Of a DNA stretch of 64,000 nt, positions 50,301 to 63,133 are shown piece by piece (position 1 is the stretch's first letter; each line of letters starts with the position of its first letter). The translations under genes were made by a program, and so were the position numbers. The notes beneath the pieces were generated by a model. That model ran no database searches, had not been told where the DNA came from, and was given only the letters and a program-made list of their open reading frames with translations. Source of the DNA: Amphiscolops sp. MND2022. Its lineage: Eukaryota. The DNA lies in NCBI GenBank assembly GCA_964187785.1, contig OZ076409.1:84880001-84944000 (forward strand), read 5' to 3'.

Positions 50301-53300
50301 TTGAGTTTTTGCCTTCAACTTCAAGACTCGTTTCGAAGTGCTTCAAAGCTGTGATTCAAAGTGAGAGTGACTACCAGTTGGCCGATCAACTTCGAAGTTG
50401 GCGCAAAATGGAGTCTTTTGCAGCGAAGAAACAAGTCGACCCGAAGACACGACATGTCATGACGGATACCGATATCAAGTAGGTATGTTGTGGGTTGAAG
50501 ATGACAGTAGTCTCCCGGACAACTACTTCTCAGCCTTAGTGCAACTGAAATCACTTGAACGCCCACTCGAATGTACTCCCGATCTGAAAGCAAGCTACGC
50601 TCAGACGATAAAAGAAGACTTCGACAAGGGAAACATCGTTAAGGTCGACAAGTCCGATTGTTTCAAAGTTAACAACCTTCGTGAGTGGTACCTACTGCAC
50701 CATCAGGTATTACACCCACACAAGCCAGGTAAAGTACGCCGCTTACTCAATTGTGCTGCCTAATTCCACGGTGTGTCACTGCATAACGCTCTACTTACTG
50801 GTCCAGATTTGTTACAAACATTAATTCATGTGCTAATGAGCTTCCGACAACATTCCTACGCTGTCTCCGGGGACATAGAGGGAATGTTTTTGCAAGTTGG
50901 CGTGATTCCTCAAGACCGACCGTCCCTTCGTTTTCTGTGGCGGGAGGACCCAGCAACAGACGTCGCTGTGTACCAGTACGTGCGCCATATTTTCGGTTCA
51001 AAGGATTCACCGACTTGTTCCAACTAAGCGATTCAACGAACAGCACGTGATAACTGCAAAAAATTTTCCGGAAGCTGCGAAAAGTGTCGAAAACACTTTT
51101 TGCATATACGATTACCTCGAGTCGAGCGCGCCCGTTGACGAAGTAACCAAGAAATTGTGAAACTCGAGATCTTGTGAAATTGTTATCGAAAGGCGGTTTC
51201 ACTCTAACCATGTTTGTCAGTAACATACCAAACCTACGGACCAGCCTCGACTCGAAGGTTAAACTTGCTAAAAAAACTGATGAGAATTATTTGGCATCGA
51301 AGATGAAAATTCTCATGTCTTAGATTTGAAATGGAACTACCGGTTTGACACATTAGTTGTCAGCTGCGGAACGAGTCCCGACCTGAACCGACCTGTAACA
51401 CAACGTGTTGTTTTGAGCCTGGTCTCAGCAGTTTACGACCTCATTGGTCTTGTCGCGCCATACACTATAACAGCCCGGCTTTTGTTCAAAGATCTTTGGC
51501 GCCTGAGCGGGCAACAATGGGACAATAACCTGCCCGATGAAATCTGTAGAAAGTTCGTCGATTGGGCTGAAGAACTTCCCACTTTAACCAAAATAACAAT
51601 TCCACGTTGTTTGTTCCAAGGCAACATTGAAACGGCTGAGTTGCACATATTCGGCGACAGATCTCAAAGTGCATTCTCAGCAGTTGCCTATCTCAGCGCG
51701 AAGGTGAGCAACAGCAAAGGTTTGACAACCGAACTAGCCTTTGTATTCGGGAAAGCTCGCGTCGCTCCAATGAAAGCAATCACGATACCGAAGTTGGAGC
51801 TTCAAGTAGCTCTTCTGGCAGCCCGATTGAAAGATGAAGTTCGAAAAGCACTAACCCTAACTGTCGAGCGAACGTTAATGTGGACAGACAGCACCACTGT
51901 ACTACAGCGGCTCCATTCCATTGACAAACCACCAGTGTTCGTCGTCGCCAAAAGAGTTACCGAGATACTTGAGCTGACGGCAGTGGATGAATGGAACCAC
52001 GTGCCAACAGTCGACAATCCGGCCAACGCAGGCACCCGTGGCCTGTCAGCAAAAGAGAGCACATGGCTCAAAGGTCCCGCCTTTTTAAGAACTTCTGATT
52101 GGCCCTTCCAGCCATCACACGAACTTATGAAGACAAATTTGAAGAAACTCGACCGCGACAAGGGTACCTTGCGAATTCAAATTTCAAGAGACGATAGCAA
52201 ATACAGCGAATGTAGTCTTCAAGGCCCTAACTCTTGAGTGGTGAAAGTACAGCTCTTACGAGAACCTTTTGCGCTTTTTGGCCAACATTTTGCGTCTTTT
52301 GTCGAAGTTCTCTGGTAGTCGAACAGAAACAGGGTTCGTAACGGATCCTGCCGAACATGAATTGCCGAGCAGAATTTATCTACTTGGTACAATCGAAATC
52401 CTTCCCGAACGAGAAGAAAGCTTTGCTGAACTGTTTGCCGATAAGTAAACCGTCAGTAATAAAAGAATTTACACCCTTCATCGGTCCAAACGGTCTTCTC
52501 CGCGCACAAGCCGACCAAAACAACTCGAAGTTGCCAATTTTGATATCAAACACCCTATCTTGCTTGACAGTCGCCACCTAGCAGTTCGATTATTCCTTGA
52601 ATATTTACACAAGAAACACTAGATGTAAACTACCTGAGAGCCTTGATATAAAAAAGTATGCCATCGTCAAATTGAGAAATGCCTTGCGAACGATACAATC
52701 CAGATGCGTAACTTGTCGCAAAGGCAAAGCTGAAACAATGACACCAATTATGGGTGATTTGCCAAACGAACGCCTCGCTTTTGCTTCGCCACCGTTCACG
52801 AACACTGAATTAGACTACTTTGGTCCCTTTTACGTCTCTGTTGAACGCTCCACAGAGAAGCGGTGGGGATTTCTCGTCACATGCCTGACTACCCGCGCTC
52901 TCCATTTTGAAGTCCTGCCGCTACCAGTAGTTGCGTCATGCGAATTGAGAGATTTGTTTCCCGTCGGGGCATCCCCTCCGTTATCTGGTCGGATAACGGG
53001 ACTAATTTTGTTGCAACTGAGAAAGAACTCCTTCAGAGCTCCTTCAAATCCTTGGCAACAGACGTTTGACAGACGAAATCTTAACAACTGCTTTCTGTCT
53101 CGTAGAGCAGAGCCTCAACGCTCGCCCGTTAGTTCTAGCAAGCGCAGAAGCAACTGATCTGGATGCTTTGACACCCAACCAATTCCTGGTTGAAACCGCC
53201 AGCTCCTCTCTACGGTCTCATTCTAACTGTGAATTCGACCACCGCGAGCGATATGCACGCCTGCAAGCATACTCTGACGCTATCTGGGGCAGGAGGCTGA

Positions 53301-53557
53301 AAGATTACGTCCCGACTTTGAATCGCCGCGCTAAGTGGTCAACACAGTCTGACAAACAACTGAAGACCGGAGATTTCGTTTGGATCGTAGAAGCCACAAG
53401 TCCGAGAGGCTACTACCCTCTCGAACGTGTAGTCAAACTCCACTTTGGCAGCGATGCCGTCGCCCGCTCTGCCGAAGTTAGAACCAAGTCCGGAAACCTC
53501 GTCCGTCCTGTCGTGAAACTAGCGCCAGTCCTTTTCCCCCCATCCCAATCTTACTGA
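47387..53557 (+). pseudogene. BEL/Pao gag-pol polyprotein (disrupted)
   Basis: KLTYLKTLVSGKAK (BEL gag); CFSCLKGHHSFRQC; ALCDSAC (PR); WYLLHH, GDIEGMFLQV, FGSKDSP (RT); LHIFGD..IPKLEL..WTDST (RH); LDYFGP (IN); C-terminal YPLERV..RPVVKL. Confidence 0.95.
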
Positions 53558-53723
53558 TAAATTGAAAACCGTAACATTTGTATCTTTTCTGTTTAACCAC
53601 ATGTAACTTTGTTACACATGTATCTTATAGTTTCGTTGCACCAAACCGATCAGAAACAAATTCAAAAAATATTTTTTTTGTTTCGATTACAAAAACATTC
53701 CTCATCTTCTCGGGCCCGGAGGA

Positions 53724-54136
53724 TGTTGCAGCGCAATACAAATGAGGCGTAACTAAATTAAACAAATGATAAAGCAGGTAGGCCGAATGGTTAGTGCGAT
53801 GGCTTTCTAACCATAAGGTCGCAAGTTTGATTCCCGGTAACTGCAAATTTTTGGGAAAAATCCAAATATTCAAAATATCTCTAACTTTTGCAACTATATA
53901 TCTCAAAATAACTTTGAAAACATTGCATAAAAGGGTCCTGCTATGGCTGTTTAATGTTGTTGATCTATGTTTGTTTTGATTTTTATTGCCCTTTTTCCTG
54001 ATAAAGGCATAATTTTGAGCATTGTTCAATAAAATTTTTGTCTCGAATTTGTCATCGTTTATGGCCGGAGAAGATATAATGTTATTGAATCTTTTCAAAC
54101 GAAATCTAGCTTCTCCGTTAAAACTAGATTTTTACA
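53724..54136 (+). repeat. BEL 3' LTR (413 bp)
   Basis: TGTTGCAGCG..TTTTTACA, preceded by a G-rich tract. Matches the two halves of the 5' LTR. Confidence 0.92.
53774..53845 (+). ncRNA. tRNA-like sequence inside the BEL 3' LTR
   Basis: Counterpart of 29351-29422, followed by AATTTTT (Pol III terminator-like). Confidence 0.65.
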
Positions 54137-54870
54137 TTGTAGTATTTGCAGGTCGACCGTCGAAATTCATACTGGGTCTGAATCTCTTTTTCTGCTATTT
54201 CGATTGATATTTTGTTTGTTAAGTTTTCCATATTTCGCAAGTGTGGGCGTCTTTGAACCAGGTCTTCTTCAATTATTTTGAGTCCTTGACAAATTTGTAT
54301 GTTTGATCCTTCTTCAAGGAGTTCAAGTCCTTCAAGCTGGTCGGAGGTACTTAAATTGAGTCTCTTTTTCACATGTTCCAGTAGTTGGTACGGTTTTTTT
54401 GCTCATGTTTTGTGTATGTTCGTAAGTTGTTTGTTGTTGAAATTTTCAGAGTTTTAGTTTAGATTGAAAAACAGAAACAATCTTGCTCACTGTGCCATTA
54501 TTTTTCTACGTAAAAATCACAGTTAGCTATAATCTATTCACCCCCAAGATAAATGTACCAACTGAAATGTATAGAGCGGGATCAACTGATAATAATTCAA
54601 ACATGAGTTTGTCAGAGTTTGTTTGTCAACGACGGTCTTCTCTACTCTTGTGAATTCTAGTGTACAGCAATGCGACAATACGTATGCGTAAATACCAGTC
54701 AATTAAATTTGATAGCAAAAAGTGTACTAATTGGCAAACATGAGTTGCTAAAAAGTAATGCTTTTTCCTTTTTGCTATGAAAATCGAAGAAAAATAAAAT
54801 TTCATTCCAGGCAAAATATCAGCGCATTAGCAAACACAAAAACAGAAAATACACCCAACAGAAATTGAAA

Positions 54871-55697
54871 CCCAGGTTTTCAATCTTTGCGAATCTGTGC
54901 AGATCTGCAGGATTTTTTCTGCAGGTTTCTGCAAAGATCGTTGCACTGAATCTTGAAGATCCATACAGATCTGCAAGATCTTTACAGAAGTGTGCAGATT
55001 TTCTTCAAAGATTTTTGCAGAAATATGTTTTTCTGCAGCTTTTAAGGAACCAAAATACTGCATTGTTGGACTTTATCGAGTATTTTTGCTAACCTAAGGT
55101 CAGTCAGTAGAAACTCTCCATCACTCAAAATTCATGAGAATGAAATATTGTCCCCATCACGGTATTTTTGGTGTTTGGGGAATATTTGGTATAGGTCATA
55201 CAGTAATGTATCTATTTCACTCGAACTTTCCAGAAGCGGTTGTTCAACTTTGAGACGCACGTTTGCCATATTGACTTCGTTTTGGCAGATAAAGCTTGAC
55301 ATGTGGCAACCTTCTGGGTTGGTCGATGTGTTGATAGAGTGTTGTTGTTATAATCTTTCCGCAACATAGTTTGCTGGAGTATTCTTAGTAATTGCTGTTA
55401 ACTTGGAATACGTTATAGTATTTTTTTGGTCATTGTTTGGCTCTGTAAAGATCTGTAAAGATCTGTAATTCTCCACAGATCTTTACAGATTGCTACAGAA
55501 AAAGCATTTTTTTCATCATTTTGACATAAATGAGACTTCTCTCCAGTTTTAAACATTTTTATCATTCGTTTGACATCGCTGTGGGTTTTTATTGTGTTTC
55601 TGAGTACGTCAATTTTTTTTTCGAATCTGCACATATTTGCAAAGATCTGCAAAAATCCTGCAGATCTGCACAGATTCGCAAAGATCGAAAACCTGGG
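54871..55697. mobile_element. 827-bp non-autonomous CACTA/EnSpm-like element
   Basis: ~45-bp TIRs CCCAGGTTTTC..GAAAACCTGGG. A 2-bp AA duplication relative to the empty site at ~56407. AGATCTG(C/T) subterminal repeats. Confidence 0.9.
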
Positions 55698-55741
55698 AAA
55701 GCATCTTAGTAAATTCGAGGTTATTAAAACATTTTTGTCAG

Positions 55742-55954
55742 CGATTGAAGATTGCCTGTCAGGAGCTGGTATCATTCCCGGTCACATGACTCCCCAAAAG
55801 TGTGCGGACTCAATTGTGGATTCGCCAGGATATCGGAAGAAAGCATTGGAAGCCCTGAAGTCTGCAGCCTCGACATCCGCGCTCATTGATGAGGATCAAA
55901 GTATCGATGTTAGCCCTTCTTCAGTGACGCCAGAGAAACACGTCACTCCCCAAG
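55742..55954 (+). CDS. Candidate host exon (213 nt, phase 1-1), S/T-P rich
   Basis: TTTTTGTCAG acceptor, AAG|GTTGTA donor, open frame, higher GC than the flanks. Confidence 0.5.
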
Positions 55955-56451
55955 GTTGTAGTTATACCTTTCATGATTTTAAGTTTTAATTTAATATAAA
56001 TTGTAAGACTTTAAGAGTTTGTCATTTGCATGAACTACTTTTTTGTTTCTGGAAGTAACAGTTAGCTATAATCTATTCACTCCCGAGATAAATGTACCAA
56101 CTGAAATGTGTAAAGCGGGATCAACTGATAATAATTCAGACATGAGATTGTCAGAGTTTGTTTGTCAACGACTGTCTTCTCTACTCTTGTGAACTCTTGT
56201 GTACAGCAATGCGACAATACGTATGCGTAAATACCAGTCAATTAAATTTGATAGCAAAAAGTGTAATAATTGGCAAACATGAGTTGTTAAAAAGTAATGC
56301 TTTTTCCTTTTTGCTATGAAAATCGAAGAAAAACAAAATTTCATTCCAGGCAAAATATCAGCGCATTAGCAAACACAAAAACAGACAATATACCCAACAG
56401 AAATTGAAAAGCATCTTAGTAAATTCGAGGCTAATAATACACTTTTGTCAG

Positions 56452-56664
56452 CGATTGAAGATTGCCTGTCAGGAGCTGGTATCATTCCCGGTCACAAGAC
56501 TCCCCAAAGGTGTGCGGACTCAATTGTGGATTCGCCAGGATATCGGAAGAAAGCATTGGAAGCCCTGAAGTCTGCAGCCTCGACATCCGCGCTCATTGAT
56601 GAGGATCAAAGTATCGATGTTAGCCCTTCTTCAGTGACGCCAGAGAAAAACGTCACTCCCCAAG
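56452..56664 (+). CDS. Duplicate of the candidate host exon
   Basis: Same splice signals, length and open frame as 55742-55954. Confidence 0.5.
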
Positions 56665-56854
56665 GTTGCAGTTATAACTTTTCATGATTTTAAGTTTTAA
56701 TTTAATTTAAATTGTAAGACTAAGAGTTTGTCATTTGCATGAATTACTTTTTTTGTTACTGAAAGTAATTCAAAATTAGAAAAGCTACTTTGTTCACCTC
56801 AAAAATCTATAATTACAGTACGTCAATATGCATTCATCAAGGTGCATAGCTGAA

Positions 56855-57604
56855 TGTAACGACCGGCTAGCGACGTACATCTAGGAAGAGGGACAATGCC
56901 TAGGATGCTTAAACAGGAGACCGTTGTCTTACTACATACCTAGACACTAGTTTTTGATCCCAAAATGGTCTCCAAGGGGGACTTTTCTAACGTCTAAGGA
57001 GGCTTCTCTAGTTAGAGCTCCGAAGCGACGTGCCGGCACTCTCAAAGTCCGGACACGCCCCACAAGCCTGTAAAAACGTATCCTAGGTTCCTAGTGCGTT
57101 CCTGCTATCTCCCACATACCTCCGAGGTCCAAAAAGGTGTCTAACTGAAATACATTATATGAGTGAATAAGGACTAAAATGAGGACCTAGTAGGTCAAAC
57201 ATTATCCAAATACGCTATAAACAGTCAAAACAGGTGGGGATAGGCCCCAATAAAGTATACAGTTACATTTCGGTGGCGATCATCGGCTTCCTGCCTCTGG
57301 CATCATTCCTCATCTTCGGGGCACAATGGTCTCATTTGGCACTTTTCTGCCAAAACCCTGTCTTTTTGCTGTCAGATGGCAGAATTCCTGATTCTCACGC
57401 CTTCTGGGTGATGACATCTCGGACATTCTCGTTCCTGGGTGGTGGGGGGTCTTTCTGGTGGTGTTTTGCCTTTATTTTGCTTCCTCTACGGTTTTCGTAC
57501 CTGCCGGGTCGGCCATCTTGAATGTGCTTGTTTGATGTCGCATATTTCGAAATTTTGATCGAAATTTTCAAATACTTCTGCAACGTCTTTTGCCTGACGT
57601 TACA
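56855..57604 (-). repeat. 3' LTR of the non-autonomous element
   Basis: Direct repeat of 61565-62314; only three substitutions noticed by eye. Confidence 0.95.
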
Positions 57605-60600
57605 TGCTCCCCGGGCCGTAGTTTGTCGTCCTCGACAAACGAGAGAGGACGTTCACATCTTGGTTGCCACCATCCAGTGATCCAGTGATACTGTTGCAAC
57701 ATGGTACTTCAGGAATCTAAATGGAAGTCGTTGCCCAAAAACACGTTATTGCCCAAAAATATGAGTTTTTGCCAGCCTAGCAGGTTTCTTCGGTTTCCAC
57801 GCCCACTGGGTCCTAGCACTGGAATACTATTAGCAACTTTAGACACTTAGCATTGTATTCAAAACGTTTTCAAACATTTAATTTCGCACCAAAATTTCAA
57901 AATTTTTAGCACCTTATTGCATCTGCATAAAAAGCACTCATCACAACAGGTTTGGCACTGGCCAGGGGCCCACCTGATAGGTTAGGTTTTACAAAATGCA
58001 CGATAGCACTTGAAAAGCGAAAAATGAAAGTAACAGCTGTGGTCTTGCAAAAGTGTCGTAGTTCATGGCCAACAGAAACTGCACAATAACTAGCACTAAT
58101 GGTGAAACAGGCCTCAAAAAATCAAAAATATCACTAAAAATGAGGAACAATTCAATCTATTGTGTCAGCAGTGTACGCTCAGTTAAAGTTATTGTCTAGG
58201 TAGTACAAGCACCAGCGTATATGCAAGAGATGGAAACAAACTACTTCTCAAGAGGGGACAATGTCACTAACGATGATAGAGCAGAACCAATAAAAGTCAA
58301 AAATCAGGCATGATAGATCATGAAAACAGTCTTCGGCATTAAAAACAAGTTCCAGAGCAATCATTCGGGTTCTAAAAGCACGGCCGCTGGCCAAGCAGTT
58401 CTCAGAGCTTCGAAGCTCTAGGTGTTTCATCATGCTTGGTGTTGACTTCTCTCGGGAGAGTATGGGTACTCCCCGGGCCAATCTCTTGTCCGGTGTTTTC
58501 ACATCGACATGGTTCACGCAACTGTGGTACCGAGCACCAAGGTACACCTTAGGCATGAATTGAGCAGCGAACACTGATTTTTTGAGAAGCCTGCTTGGCT
58601 ACAGATGTTAGATTGTCTGAAATGTCCGCTTGTCACTCATGTTGCCATGTTTCTGGAGAGCACAAGTGATGGCTAAAATGTAAATAGGGACTACGGGTAG
58701 ACCTTGGGGTGAGTAGGAGGAGAGACACTGAGTTTGAAGTAGTTTCTTGCCTTACGATCGTAGTACGGTCAGAAAAAGCGTTCTTTTTCCACTATGGCAG
58801 TCACCAGTGTACTTGTTGTTCTGTTTTGAGACGCACTGCGTTCAAAGTCTGAACCTCTAAAAGTGCTTATAAACGTGCTCCAGCACCCACGGGGTTCGAA
58901 AAGCGTCGCGCATGCATGTTCGCAATGGATAGATTGCACTTGGGTGAATTTGATAGCAGTCAGGAAGCGAATTTCCATTTTCGGTTTTTCACCTCTATGT
59001 CTCGCAGACCGGTTTTCTCGGAGACCCGACATCTTAGGGTCAGCTTAGCACTAATCAAAGTGATTCAAGAAGACGTCTTGAGGGCGCTCGGTATGCTAAT
59101 TGGGTTGTCTTGGCCCTCACTGGCACGTACACTGAGAAAAACTATGTAATTTTTTGCAAAAATGCCCAAAATCAACAATTTTTTCGTCAACATGCACCTC
59201 CGGGGAAAGTGAAAATCACTTGTAGCGCTGCTAGCGACCTGAAAATTTCACACCGTCTAATACACTGACTGAATCGTGGGGAATAAACCTCCGATTGCGT
59301 CAAAATTGACCCTGTGGGTGTCACGGCCACTTAACAATGTTCACTGAAAATTTGACTATGTCGTGAAATTCACAAAAAGTGGTCAAACTCGCCTTCTAGA
59401 CTTCCCAGCCACCTGAAATTTTGCCTGCGAGCGTAACTTTTGCCCACGTAAGAGAAAAACAGAGCGGCGAGGTGCCTTGATCAATATCTGGCGATATGAA
59501 GTGACAAAACCTTGATGTACCAGAGGTACCACTTTTTCGGGTCAAAAATCACAAAAATGTCAATTTCTCAGCCCTGGCTAGTAGCCGGCTGCTCAAATTG
59601 CACAAATCATCGTGATCTAGTGCCGTGCGCACGAAAATGCAAGAATTTTAGTGTTGGGATACCTGCGAGGTATTGCACTATGCTCAACTAAAATTCCAAT
59701 TTTTCGACATTTTCACACGATTTTTGAGCAAAACTGCGGCTAAGATTTCTCAATCACTAGTAATGCTAGCGCTACGAAAATTACACCACTAACGTAACTT
59801 TTGATGGTTTACACGATGGTGCAATCCGTTTGAGACTGCTCCTACTAGGAGAGATTTCGACCTATGCTGGAAGCACTACTACATGGTTCCCAAAATGTCG
59901 CAAAAATAACGCGTTTTCGGCTATTTCTCAACAACCACTGGTTGGAATCACTCGCGGTTTTCTGCGTTTGTAACGTTACACTCTATAATAACAGAAAATA
60001 GGCAAGCGAAACCTGGTAGGTTCCAAATAAGGTCTCTCAAAAAAAATCTCAAGTTACACCTTTTAAATTCCGGGATTAATGTGAAAAATACGTATTTTCC
60101 CTAGCAACTTTTCATTTCTCGGTTCCCAGATGTTCGGGATAGTTCTAAACGTAACGTAATAAGGTGTAATAACTTTATTCACGGGACTGGGATTGTTTCA
60201 ATTATTAGTTTTGATGTTATAACTCTCAGGTCTATGGGGTCCTCTACTCAGGTCTATGTATAACAATAGAAAGTCAAGGGTTAAACTATCAATTTATATT
60301 GGGGAAGGGTAAAAAACATCTTGGCAGTAGTGTTTTGTACCACCAAGCTCGGGAACAAGGTTTTTGAGCAGCTCTGAAAGCTTTGGAACAAACGCTCAAG
60401 GCTTCGCCCTCACCACATTTGGTCTGTTAGGCCAATTTTGGGTATTCACAAATAAAAATCGCTATTTTTTTTTGTTTTCAAGTAAATTAGCGGGTTAAGA
60501 AGTTTTGTTCCTAGCTTGATAGGTCTAGTGGAACATTTTTATTGTATTGCCACTGGCCGTACCCTCTTCTGAAAAATTTTGGCTTTTGTAACTAATGATG

Positions 60601-61564
60601 ACCGACAAATGGCTATTGTATTAAAATGAAAATTGGCTGGTAACTTATTCAATATTTCGTTGGAGGGCTTCAAAAAACTGCTTGACGATAACGTTTTCTG
60701 ATATCTGGCTCGGGAAAAAGAATTTTAGGTGGCTCGCATTGCTCTGAGAAAAACGAACAGGGCTTCGCCCTCACCATTTTTCGTTTCAACGTCCAAAGTT
60801 GACGTTTTCAAACAAAAATCGCTAAAGTTTTCGGTGTTTTTCACAATTTAGCTAAACAAATTTTTCTGTTCCTGACCTGATAGGTCTAATTGAACGTTTT
60901 TATTGTGTTCCCATTGGTCGTACTATCTTCTGAAAAATTTCGACTTTTAAAAGTAACCAAATCGAAATTAGAGCTATATAGGGTGTTATGGCTAGCTCGC
61001 TATATTTTTTCAGAAAACAATCGGAATACCCAGTGGGTATTTTTCTCAGTTCCTACTAATGAGAGTACGCTTGGGAATAGGCTTTTAAAGCCACAAAAAC
61101 AAAAAAGGAGATTGTAACCCAGCCGATTCGTAGTGGTCCACCAGTGGGTCAAGAGGGTGTTGTCGTGAAGGACGTCGCACCATCGTCACAGCTAGTGGAG
61201 GCGCTCACATCACGTCCCTGCAGTCCCAATACATTACAACTAAGCTGAAATGAGACTACAAAACCCTTTAAAACAGAATCCGGTTAGGCCGGATGGTTAA
61301 TCTCGGTAAGCAGAAACGGTGTCAAAACGGTACTTTGCCGTAAATCAGTTATTTCCCTTTCCAGACCCCGGAAACATGCAGGAAACGCAGGAATTCAGCT
61401 AGAAGAAAGCCTAAAAGGCTTGATTAAGGCAATAAAAATAATCTAGGACTCTCCAAAATGTTTTCCTAGATCTGGACCCTCCGGGGCCGGAAAGCAGAAG
61501 TTGCTCCTACCTGTACGCAATATGAAAAATATCCCTCTGTGGTCGCCATTAAAACTATTCCAGA

Positions 61565-62314
61565 TGTAACGACCGGCTAGCGACGCACATCTAGGAAGAG
61601 GGACAATGCCTAGGATGCTTAAACAGGAGACCGTTGTCTTACTACATACCTAGACACTAGTTTTTGATCCCAAAATGGTCTCCAAGGGGGACTTTTCTAA
61701 CGTCTAAGGAGGCTTCTCTAGTTAGAGCTCCGAAGCGACGTGCCGGCACTCTCAAAGTCCGGACACGCCCCACAAGCCTGTAAAAACGTATCCTAGGTTC
61801 CTAGTGCGTTCCTGCTATCTCCCACATACCTCCGAGGTCCAAAAAGGTGTCTAACTGAAATACATTATATGAGTGAATAAGGACTAAAATGAGGACCTAG
61901 TAGGTCAAACATTATCCAAATACGCTATAAACAGTCAAAACAGGTGGGGATAGGCCCCAATAAAGTATACAGTTACATTTCGGTGGCGATCATCGGCTTC
62001 CTGCCTCTGGCATCATTCCTCATCTTCGGGGCACAATGGTCTCATTTGGCACTTTTCTGCCAAAACCCTGTCTTTTTGCTGTCAGATGGCAGAATTCCTG
62101 ATTCTCACGCCTTCTGGGTGATGACATCTCGGACATTCTCGTTCCTGGGTGGTGGGGGGTCTTTCTGGTGGTGTTTTGCCTTTATTTTGCTTCCTCTACG
62201 GTTTTCGTACCTGCCGGGTCGGCCATCTTGAATGTGCTTGTTTGATGTCGCACATTTCGAATTTTTGATCGAAATTTTCAAATACTTCTGCAACGTCTTT
62301 TGCCTGACGTTACA
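61565..62314 (-). repeat. 5' LTR of the non-autonomous element
   Basis: Direct repeat of 56855-57604, adjacent to the PBS. Confidence 0.95.
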
Positions 62315-63133
62315 ATTACAGTACGTCAATATGCATTCATCAAGGTGCATAGCTGAATGGTCTTTTACAAAGCGCAGTGAAATGCTGCAAGGCTTTTCCA
62401 AGCTGTAGGGAAATTTTCTTACCTGCAGGGTTTTTTCTAAAAATTTTCCATGCATTGATGCAATTTTTTCTGAATTTTCTGTTTTCTAAAATGACTAGTC
62501 TGCGTGCTTTAGTGTTGAATGTAAAAAATCTTGCAGTTTCTAGGGTTTCCTAGGGCTCGCTAACTCTTTCGGGAAACGAATACTTTCGACCCAATATATT
62601 GCATCAAAACTGAAAAGCTCTTTCATTGTCCTCGTTGCGTTGTAAATTTTCTCAATCATTTTCCCGCTCATAGTCCCCTTTCAACTTTTAAACTATTCTA
62701 TTCTTCAACATTTTGATAAATGAACTTTTTTTGAAGAAAATTGACGTATCGTTTTAGACGACCAAGAGGCGAAGCAAGATTCAGATGATGAAGTTTTGAA
62801 TAACCTCAGAAAATCTATATTACCCAATGGTTCTCCTATCAGAATGCGATTCAAAAATAAAGTCATCAATGCGGGCAAGCCAAAAAGGAGGAGACGAATA
62901 AAAAAACGTCCTCTTTCAGCTTCGGCCAGGGACACAACGAAGAGACGCAACGTTCGAAGGAGCAAAACAGATAAACAAAAATATCGATTGCCGAACTTTG
63001 ATTTAGATTTATCAACAGTCACAGAATCGGATATGACTCCACCGAAATCGTAAACAACAAAATATTAACCTAAGTTGAATTGAGACTATGATTGGTTTCT
63101 TTCGTTCCTGTGTTCGTAATAGTTTTCATTAAG

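Larger units (their letters stand above)
29301..54136 (+). mobile_element. BEL/Pao LTR retrotransposon (degenerate); 5' LTR split by G2
   Basis: 5' LTR = 29301-29507 + 45833-46026. PBS TGGTGGCCATAGAG at 46027. BEL gag-pol. GGGCCCGGAGGA tract, then 3' LTR 53724-54136. No clean TSD. Confidence 0.88.
54519..56768. repeat. Tandem duplication of a ~711-bp unit; copy 1 (54519-56057) carries a MITE, copy 2 is 56058-56768
   Basis: ACAGTTAGCTATAATCTATTCAC starts both copies, and both end ..AAGTAA. Confidence 0.93.
56855..62314 (-). mobile_element. Young non-autonomous LTR element (LARD-like, BEL-type cis signals), 5.46 kb
   Basis: 750-bp near-identical LTRs TGTAACG..CGTTACA. Minus-strand PBS TGGCGACCACAG (61537-61548) and GGCCCGGGGAGCA tract (57605-57617). 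No gag/pol. Confidence 0.92.

Noticed and set aside
57234..59149. ORFs in the young LTR element as coding genes
   Set aside because: Short, mostly non-ATG, and without gag, pol or other recognisable motifs.
62796..63053. Basic 85-aa ORF with an NLS-like KPKRRRRIKKR
   Set aside because: Upstream frame is broken, and no homologue or clear splice structure can be recognised from the sequence alone.
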